DNA of 5,724 nucleotides from a virus (lineage: Duplodnaviria > Heunggongvirae > Uroviricota > Caudoviricetes), in IMG/VR virus record IMGVR_UViG_2563366838_000009; one strand, given 5' to 3'. The translations under genes and the position numbers were made by a program. The stretch's first letter is position 1, and each line of letters opens with the position of its first letter. Positions 1 to 5,148 of the stretch are shown here, one piece after another. The notes beneath the pieces were generated by a model that was not told where the DNA came from, ran no database searches, and saw nothing but the letters and a program-made list of their open reading frames with translations.

Positions 1-176
1 TGGAACTGGCCACACTCACGTGGGTGGACTGGTATAACAATCGACGATTGCTGGAAAGGCTGGGCCATACTCCTCCGGCAGAAGCAGAAAAAGCTTATTA
101 TGCTTCCATCGGAAACGATGATCTGGCAGCCTGAGTTCACAGATAAAACACTCTCCAGGAAACCCGGGGCGGTTCA
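1..176 (+). mobile_element. Right end of an IS3-family insertion sequence (IS629/IS3411-like terminal inverted repeat ending ...CCCGGGGCGGTTCA at 176), truncated at the window start
   Basis: Frame-3 translation of 3-134 gives a transposase-like C-terminus. The last ~45 bp (131-176) is the reverse complement of TGAACCGCCCCGGGTTTCCTGGAGAGTGTTTTATCTGTGAAC, which I recall as the IS629/IS3411/IS1203-type terminal inverted repeat (IS3 family ends are typically TG...CA). The ybhJ reading frame has stops at 35-37 and 119-121, so ybhJ cannot be continuous through this segment. Exact IS identity and exact end are from memory, not a search. Confidence 0.6.
3..134 (+). CDS. IS3-family DDE (rve-type) transposase OrfB, C-terminal 43 codons (5'-partial, runs off window start)
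   Basis: Frame 3 translates as [43 protein letters not shown], with the W-x-YN-x-R-x-LG-x-PP-x-E pattern typical of the C-terminal tail of IS3-family integrase-core transposases; TGA stop at 132-134 lies about 40 bp before the inferred IS end, as in IS3-family elements. Confidence 0.65.
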   Translation, partial: ELATLTWVDWYNNRRLLERLGHTPPAEAEKAYYASIGNDDLAA

Positions 177-1306
177 CACAGCCGGTGTTTATGGATCTCG
201 CCAAAAAAGGTGTGGTAGCAGATTTGATTGGCGCAGGCGCAATCATCAGAACCGCGTTCTGCGGCCCATGCTTTGGCGCAGGCGCAATCATCAGAACCGC
301 GTTCTGCGGCCCATGCTTTGGCGCGGGCGATACGCCAATCAACAACGGTTTGAGTATTCGCCACACCACGCGTAACTTCCCGAACCGCGAAGGCTCTAAG
401 CCAGCTAATGGGCAGATGTCAGCGGTGGCGTTGATGGACGCTCGTTCTATCGCTGCGACTGCGGCAAACGGTGGCTATTTAACCTCTGCCAGCGAACTTG
501 ATTGCTGGGACAACGTGCCGGAGTACGCCTTCGATGTAACGCCGTATAAAAACCGTGTTTATCAGGGCTTTGTGAAAGGGGCAACTCAGCAACCGCTGAT
601 TTACGGGCCGAACATTAAAGACTGGCCGGAATTGGGTGCGCTGACTGACAATATCGTCCTGAAAGTGTGCTCGAAGATCCTCGACGAAGTGACCACCACC
701 GACGAACTGATTCCTTCCGGTGAAACCTCTTCTTATCGTTCAAATCCGATTGGTCTGGCGGAGTTTACCCTGTCTCGCCGCGATCCCGGTTATGTTAGCA
801 GAAGTAAAGCGACTGCTGAGCTGGAAAATCAGCGTCTGGCGGGGAATGTCAGCGAGCTGACAGAGGTGTTTGCGCGCATTAAGCAGATTGCTGGTCAGGA
901 GCATATTGATCCGCTGCAAACTGAAATTGGCAGCATGGTCTATGCGGTGAAACCAGGCGATGGTTCTGCGCGTGAACAGGCGGCGAGCTGCCAGCGTGTG
1001 ATTGGCGGTCTGGCGAATATTGCCGAGGAGTACGCGACTAAACGCTATCGTTCTAACGTCATCAACTGGGGGATGTTACCGCTGCAAATGGCGGAAGTAC
1101 CAACCTTTGAAGTGGGGGATTACATTTACATCCCTGGCATTAAAGCGGCGCTGGATAATCCGGGTACGACGTTTAAAGGTTATGTGATCCATGAAGATGC
1201 GCCGGTAACGGAAATTACGCTCTATATGGAAAGTCTGACTGCTGAAGAGCGCGAGATTATCAAGGCGGGTAGTTTGATTAACTTCAATAAAAACCGTCAG
1301 ATGTAA
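177..1306 (+). pseudogene. ybhJ: ybhJ (aconitase-family putative hydratase), 3' portion; gene interrupted upstream by the IS insertion and carrying an in-frame 45-bp tandem duplication
   Basis: The reading frame is open from 122 to the TAA at 1304-1306. Translation contains aconitase-family signatures ([10 protein letters not shown] Fe-S ligand motif, then [14 protein letters not shown] corresponding to the aconitase SYNRNFxGR region). Position next to ybhC and att-lambda matches the E. coli gal-bio region. The GTG at 185 used by the ORF track is not a real start; the frame simply continues from the IS junction. Confidence 0.75.
231..320 (+). repeat. Perfect 45-bp direct tandem duplication (231-275 = 276-320) inside ybhJ, in frame, duplicating codons for [15 protein letters not shown]
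   Basis: Both copies read GCGCAGGCGCAATCATCAGAACCGCGTTCTGCGGCCCATGCTTTG with 45/45 identity; the repeat is flanked by the near-identical microhomology GGCGCAGGCG / GGCGCGGGCG. Confidence 0.95.
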
Positions 1307-1319
1307 AAAGCGCCATGTG

Positions 1320-1525
<206 letters not shown>

Positions 1526-1539
1526 ATAGTTAATTGCTC

Positions 1540-2823
1540 TTACTTCTTCGCCTCTGCAACCACTTTACTACCCACGCCGCGGTTATTGTATTCCCACATG
1601 CGGTTGTAGTTAGTGTCATTCAGATTGCGCTGTATTTCGTCGTTATCATCTACGCTGCCGGTATTACCCGCAAACGGACGATTAGAGATCACCGCATCGG
1701 CCCACGGTTTAGCCGTGTTAAAACCTTCGTTGATGGCGCTATCACGGATCACCACCTGACCGTTGGTATTGGCATCAACATCCAGCGAGCGGCCCAGTTG
1801 CGCCACACCATCACCGAAAGCATTGAAACGGCTGTTTACGGCGAGGAAACCGTAGTAAATGTTGGACAGCGTAGCCGGTGCAAACACATACGCTTCTTGC
1901 TGAGTACGTGAGTTCACCACGCGGAATTCGGTGTTATCGAACACCACTGCGCCGCGACCAGAAACGATATCCACATCCCCTTCAATGTAGCTGTTGGTCA
2001 CCAGCGTACGCGGCTGACGATTCGTTTCCAGACGGTTCTGCACACCGCTGTTGGTGACAAAGAAGGTGTTCTGACGACCGAGAATGTTAACGTTGTTAAT
2101 CTGTACCTGGTCACCATCAGTACGCAGTGCCACCGCCGGATGGTTACCTGCATCTACGCTATCGCCCAGCGTGTTTTCGATGGTCAGATTTTGCAGTTGC
2201 AGGCCATTGTTTTGTGACCAGAAGACCGCAGAGCAGAGAACACCGATACTGTCGCTGCGTTTGCTCTGGCAGCTATCGTACATATACCACGCTGGTTTAC
2301 CTGGCATATATTTGCCGCGCGGGTTGACGTCGTGACGCCAGTCGGCAGGGCTCATGCCACCATCAAGGGAAAGCCCAATCTTCACATCAATCGGTTTTTC
2401 ACCTGTACCGTACAGAGTAATTCCACCCGGAGCGGCAGGGACATATACCGTTCCCTGATACTCACCAGGCATCACGGCAATATACTGGCGCTTGTTGGTA
2501 CGCTTGATAATTGCCGCATCTACCGCCGCCTGAATCGTGGTATGCGTTACACCTTGAGTGCCCGCCGGGCCGACAACAAAGTCAGGTTGCGCAGGCAGGG
2601 TAATCGGGGAAGGATTCCACGCTGCAGCACCTGGTGTCAGGGATGCAAAATAGTGTTGAGCATCGAAATTCTGCGCTTCTTTTGCCGACAGAATCGGGCG
2701 AGAAGAGGTACCAGGCGCGGTTTGATCAGAAGGACGTTGATCGGGCGGGGTTGAGCTACAGGCGGTCAGCGTCACGCCAAAAGCCAATGCCAGCGCCAGA
2801 CGGGAAACTGAAAATGTGTTCAC
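1540..2823 (-). CDS. ybhC: YbhC, outer-membrane lipoprotein of the pectinesterase fold (putative acyl-CoA thioesterase), 427 aa, GTG start
   Basis: 427-aa ORF with N-terminal lipoprotein signal peptide and lipobox (MNTFSVSRLALALAFGVTLTAC, Cys as first mature residue); GGAG Shine-Dalgarno about 6 nt upstream of the GTG; length and position immediately next to att-lambda match E. coli ybhC. Confidence 0.9.
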   Translation of the reverse strand: MNTFSVSRLALALAFGVTLTACSSTPPDQRPSDQTAPGTSSRPILSAKEAQNFDAQHYFASLTPGAAAWNPSPITLPAQPDFVVGPAGTQGVTHTTIQAAVDAAIIKRTNKRQYIAVMPGEYQGTVYVPAAPGGITLYGTGEKPIDVKIGLSLDGGMSPADWRHDVNPRGKYMPGKPAWYMYDSCQSKRSDSIGVLCSAVFWSQNNGLQLQNLTIENTLGDSVDAGNHPAVALRTDGDQVQINNVNILGRQNTFFVTNSGVQNRLETNRQPRTLVTNSYIEGDVDIVSGRGAVVFDNTEFRVVNSRTQQEAYVFAPATLSNIYYGFLAVNSRFNAFGDGVAQLGRSLDVDANTNGQVVIRDSAINEGFNTAKPWADAVISNRPFAGNTGSVDDNDEIQRNLNDTNYNRMWEYNNRGVGSKVVAEAKK

Positions 2824-2862
2824 AGGTTGCTCCGGGCTATGAAATAGAAAAATGAATCCGTT

Positions 2863-2961
2863 GAAGCCTGCTTTTTTATACTAAGTTGGCATTATAAAAA
2901 AGCATTGCTTATCAATTTGTTGCAACGAACAGGTCACTATCAGTCAAAATAAAATCATTAT
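2863..2961. other. attL: attL (B-O-P') junction of a lambda-type prophage; core GCTTTTTTATACTAA at 2870-2884
   Basis: Host B arm (...TTGAAGCCTG) joined to the 15-bp lambda core and then the phage P' arm (GTTGGCATTATAAAAAAGCATTGCTTATCAATTTGTTGCAACGAACAGGTCACTATCAGTCAAAATAAAATCATTATTTGATTTC), followed directly by the 3' end of int; this matches the lambda attP P' arm as I remember it. Confidence 0.9.
2909..2961. promoter_or_regulatory. P' arm protein-binding sites: IHF H' site (ATCAATTTGTTG, 2911-2922) and Int arm-type sites P'1 (2930-2940), P'2 (2941-2950), P'3 (2951-2961)
   Basis: IHF consensus WATCAANNNNTTR is matched at 2911-2922; three tandem arm-type repeats CAGGTCACTAT / CAGTCAAAAT / AAAATCATTAT match the Int arm-site consensus (C/A)AGTCACTAT; P'3 overlaps the int stop codon. 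Confidence 0.75.
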
Positions 2962-4028
2962 TTGATTTCAATTTTGTCCCACTCCCTGCCTCTGTCATCA
3001 CGATACTGTGATGCCATGGTGTCCGACTTATGCCCGAGAAGATGTTGAGCAAACTTATCGCTTATCTGCTTCTCATAGAGTCTTGCAGACAAACTGCGCA
3101 ACTCGTGAAAGGTAGGCGGATCCCCTTCGAAGGAAAGACCTGATGCTTTTCGTGCGCGCATAAAATACCTTGATACTGTGCCGGATGAAAGCGGTTCGCG
3201 ACGAGTAGATGCAATTATGGTTTCTCCGCCAAGAATCTCTTTGCATTTATCAAGTGTTTCCTTCATTGATATTCCGAGAGCATCAACATGCAATGCTGTT
3301 GGGATGGCAATTTTTACGCCTGTTTTGCTTTGCTCGACATAAAGATATCCATCTACGATATCAGACCACTTCATTTCGCATAAATCACCAACTCGTTGCC
3401 CGGTAACAACAGCCAGTTCCATTGCAAGTCTGAGCCAACATGGTGATGATTCTGCTGCTTGATAAATTTTCAGGTATTCGTCAGCCGTAAGTCTTGATCT
3501 CCTTACCTCTGATTTTGCTGCGCGAGTGGCAGCGACAGGGTTTGTTGTTATATGGCCTTCAGCTATTGCCTCTCGGAATGCATCGCTCAGTGTTGATCTG
3601 ATTAACTTGGCTGACGCCGCCTTGCCCTCGTCTATGTATCCATTGAGCATTGCCGCAATTTCTTTTGTGGTGATGTCTTCAAGTGGAGCATCAGGCAGAC
3701 CCCTCCTTATTGCTTTAATTTTGCTCATGTAATTTATGAGTGTCTTCTGCTTGATTCCTCTGCTGGCCAGGATTTTTTCGTAGCGATCAAGCCATGAATG
3801 TAACGTAACGGAATTATCACTGTTGATTCTCGCTGTCAGAGGCTTGTGTTTGTGTCCTGAAAATAACTCAATGTTGGCCTGTATAGCTTCAGTGATTGCG
3901 ATTCGCCTGTCTCGGCCTAATCCAAACTCTTTACCCGTCCTTGGGTCCCTGTAGCAGTAATATCCATTGTTTCTTATATAAAGGTTAGGGGGTAAATCCC
4001 GGCGCTCATGACTTCGCCTTCTTCCCAT
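2958..4028 (-). CDS. int: Lambda-type integrase Int (tyrosine recombinase), 356 aa
   Basis: 356-aa ORF beginning MGRRRSHERRDLPPNLYIRNNGYYCYRDPRTGKEFGLGRD (arm-binding N-domain) with the catalytic tyrosine-recombinase residues in HELRSL, HLLGH and the Tyr in MASQYRDD. Stop codon 81 bp from the core centre, and a GGATCC (BamHI) site at 3118-3123, both as in lambda int. Confidence 0.95.
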   Translation of the reverse strand: MGRRRSHERRDLPPNLYIRNNGYYCYRDPRTGKEFGLGRDRRIAITEAIQANIELFSGHKHKPLTARINSDNSVTLHSWLDRYEKILASRGIKQKTLINYMSKIKAIRRGLPDAPLEDITTKEIAAMLNGYIDEGKAASAKLIRSTLSDAFREAIAEGHITTNPVAATRAAKSEVRRSRLTADEYLKIYQAAESSPCWLRLAMELAVVTGQRVGDLCEMKWSDIVDGYLYVEQSKTGVKIAIPTALHVDALGISMKETLDKCKEILGGETIIASTRREPLSSGTVSRYFMRARKASGLSFEGDPPTFHELRSLSARLYEKQISDKFAQHLLGHKSDTMASQYRDDRGREWDKIEIK

Positions 4029-4224
4029 TTCTGATCCTCTTCAAAAGGCTACCTGTTACTGGTCGATTTAAGTCAACCTTTACCGCTGATTCGTGGAACA
4101 GATATTCTCTTCCATCCTTAACCGGAGGAGGGAATATCCTGCATTCGCGCACCCATCGACGAATTGTTTCAAGGCTTCTTGGGCGTCGCTGGCGAGCGTT
4201 CCACTCCTGAAGTGTCAAGTACAT
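4006..4224 (-). CDS. xis: Excisionase Xis, 72 aa, 3' end overlapping the int start by 23 bp
   Basis: 72-aa ORF MYLTLQEWNARQRRPRSLETIRRWVRECRIFPPPVKDGREYLFHESAVKVDLNRPVTGSLLKRIRNGKKAKS, matching lambda Xis as I remember it; the int-xis overlap is the lambda arrangement. Confidence 0.9.
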   Translation of the reverse strand: MYLTLQEWNARQRRPRSLETIRRWVRECRIFPPPVKDGREYLFHESAVKVDLNRPVTGSLLKRIRNGKKAKS

Positions 4225-4250
4225 CGCAAAGTCTCCGCAATTACACGCAA
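4215..4250 (-). promoter_or_regulatory. pI promoter region with cII-binding motif TTGC-N6-TTGC (minus strand, 4250-4237) overlapping the xis start
   Basis: Plus strand 4237-4250 reads GCAATTACACGCAA, i.e. TTGCGTGTAATTGC on the minus strand, the direct-repeat tetramer motif recognised by lambda CII at -35. It lies 13-26 bp upstream of the xis ATG, so initiation would fall at or just inside xis, as described for pI. Confidence 0.7.
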
Positions 4251-4251
4251 G

Positions 4252-4271
4252 AAAAAACCGCCATCAGGCGG
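4252..4271 (-). terminator. Rho-independent terminator on the minus strand (GC stem CCGCC/GGCGG, loop ATCA, then T6)
   Basis: Plus strand AAAAAACCGCCATCAGGCGG: on the minus strand the hairpin (4258-4271) is followed by TTTTTT (4252-4257). The stop codon of the upstream 55-aa ORF (4264-4266) lies in the loop. Confidence 0.7.
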
Positions 4272-4431
4272 CTTGGTGTTCTTTCAGTTCTTCAATTCGA
4301 ATATTGGTTACGTCTGCATGTGCTATCTGCGCCCACAGCATCCAGTGGTTATAGCAGTCGCTGATGTTCTCGGCTTCGATAACTCTGTTGAATGGTTCTC
4401 CATTCCATTCACCTGTAACTCGGAAGTGCAT
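4264..4431 (-). CDS. Small hypothetical protein, 55 aa (MHFRVTGEWNGEPFNRVIEAENISDCYNHWMLWAQIAHADVTNIRIEELKEHQAA)
   Basis: ATG-initiated ORF below the 60-aa cutoff of the supplied track, found by manual translation. It fits exactly between the tandem terminators (4441-4500) and the terminator at 4252-4271, and has a protein-like composition. The ribosome-binding site is weak. I recall an unnamed ORF of about this size at this position in lambda but cannot verify that here. Confidence 0.45.
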   Translation of the reverse strand: MHFRVTGEWNGEPFNRVIEAENISDCYNHWMLWAQIAHADVTNIRIEELKEHQAA

Positions 4432-4440
4432 TTATCATCG

Positions 4441-4469
4441 CCATAAAACAAAACTCGCCGTAGCGAGTT
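4441..4469 (-). terminator. Intrinsic terminator on the minus strand (stem AACTCGC/GCGAGTT, loop CGTA, followed by TTGTTTTAT)
   Basis: 7-bp perfect stem at 4452-4458 / 4463-4469 with a U-rich tract on the minus strand from 4441-4451. Confidence 0.6.
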
Positions 4470-4500
4470 CAGATAAAAGAAAACCCGCACTCGGCGGGTT
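4470..4500 (-). terminator. Second intrinsic terminator in tandem on the minus strand (stem AACCCGC/GCGGGTT, 5-nt loop, followed by TTTCTTTTAT)
   Basis: 7-bp perfect stem at 4482-4488 / 4494-4500 with a U-rich tract on the minus strand from 4470-4481, immediately downstream of the stop at 4521-4523. Confidence 0.6.
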
Positions 4501-4520
4501 CGCATTCGTTCAAATTGCGT

Positions 4521-4802
4521 TTACTTCTTGGCGTTCTGTTCATCCATATCGATATACCATGGGTTGCTTCCCTTGGGCATGTTTAACGACTGCTCGCGAT
4601 AGTATCTGATGCGCTCCATGAAATACTCGCGTGAGTGCTCAGGTTGCTCTCATGATACCTGCTCAGTGATAACAGGTATGTTAAGGCGCTCTCTGTACTC
4701 CATGCCTGATGCTGCAAGGTCAACGTTTACCTTGTTCTGTTTTTCTTTCGATTTCTCGGCGATGTTATGCCTGACATTGTCAACCCGCCTCCTTCTGAAC
4801 AT
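4521..4802 (-). pseudogene. ea8.5-position reading frame (282 bp, ATG at 4802, TAA at 4521-4523) interrupted by an in-frame TGA at 4650-4652
   Basis: Manual translation gives MFRRRRVDNVRHNIAEKSKEKQNKVNVDLAASGMEYRERLNIPVITEQVS-stop-EQPEHSREYFMERIRYYREQSLNMPKGSNPWYIDMDEQNAKK. The 282-bp span and its position relative to xis match my recollection of the lambda ea8.5 annotation. The TGA breaks it into 50-aa and 42-codon segments. Whether this frame is truly expressed in any phage is uncertain: weak RBS, and three consecutive rare Arg codons AGA AGG AGG. Confidence 0.4.
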
Positions 4803-5064
4803 AACGGTTATAAATCAGTCCCTGAGGGCCATAAGGAAGCGGGATGTGCAACTCCTCTGGTTCAGAAACTATCCATTCCCCGGCCATCTCCGCTGGAGAG
4901 GTAATGATAAGTTGTTTGCTAATAAAAGGACCACTCCTCTCAACAACAAGCTTACCATCTTCATTAATAAAAGCTTGGATGTCAGGTGTGCTTCCACACT
5001 TGGTGATGCAGCGTTTGAACATTTTGTGTCCCCCCATTTTATGGACGGGGTAATTATAACACAT
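4780..5064 (-). CDS. Hypothetical small Cys/His-containing protein, 94 aa from the first ATG; more likely 80 aa starting at ATG 5022, which has a GGGGGA Shine-Dalgarno
   Basis: ORF with protein-like composition; the internal ATG at 5020-5022 is preceded by GGGGGACACAAA (SD with 6-nt spacer). N-terminal region has H-x4-H-x5-C-x3-C (HKMGGHKMFKRCITKC), a possible small metal-binding site. The overlapping plus-strand 152-aa ORF translates to low-complexity sequence and is rejected. Confidence 0.5.
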   Translation of the reverse strand: MCYNYPVHKMGGHKMFKRCITKCGSTPDIQAFINEDGKLVVERSGPFISKQLIITSPAEMAGEWIVSEPEELHIPLPYGPQGLIYNRYVQKEAG

Positions 5065-5148
5065 TGAAATATAGTAATATTTGACGTAGATTTCTTTTGA
5101 TCTATAAGCGATTTTTTAATGCTTTTAAGTTATAAATACTTGTTTTCA

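Noticed and set aside
185-187. GTG at 185 as the start of a 373-aa gene
   Set aside because: The frame is open upstream to 122 and the product is the C-terminal part of an aconitase-family protein; this is an interrupted gene, not a gene starting here.
16-375. Track ORFs 16..369 (-), 100..375 (+) and 137..364 (-)
   Set aside because: They overlap the IS end and the ybhJ duplication; their internal repeats (for example [15 protein letters not shown] twice) are just the 45-bp duplication read in the wrong frame or strand.
2084-2855. Plus-strand ORFs 2084..2335, 2127..2327, 2332..2754, 2634..2855
   Set aside because: All are antisense within the well-supported ybhC CDS and translate to Arg/Cys-rich low-complexity sequence.
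2863-2961. tRNA gene as integration target
   Set aside because: No tRNA-like sequence flanks the junction; the core and arms match the att-lambda type site between ybhC and the prophage, not a tRNA-targeting integrase site.
3118-3123. Possibility that this is a lambda-DE3-type engineered prophage with int disrupted at the BamHI site
   Set aside because: The GGATCC site in int is intact and int is a continuous 356-codon ORF, so there is no insertion at that site.
3209-3732. Plus-strand ORFs 3209..3406 and 3526..3732
   Set aside because: Antisense within int; no RBS and no protein-like composition.
4093-4609. ORFs 4093..4446 (+), 4164..4364 (+), 4323..4505 (-), 4364..4609 (+)
   Set aside because: They overlap xis, the terminators or the better-supported 55-aa ORF in other frames; 4323..4505 runs straight through both tandem terminator hairpins.
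4727-4777. 16-aa ORF (MSGITSPRNRKKNRTR) preceded by AAGGAGG
   Set aside because: Too short to call. The apparent strong Shine-Dalgarno coincides with AGA AGG AGG Arg codons of the overlapping frame; kept only as a note under the ea8.5-frame finding.
4609-5067. Plus-strand ORFs 4609..5067 (152 aa) and 4844..5053
   Set aside because: Antisense to the minus-strand 80-94 aa ORF, with Leu/Ser/Phe-rich nonsense-like translation and no RBS; every other prophage gene here is on the minus strand.
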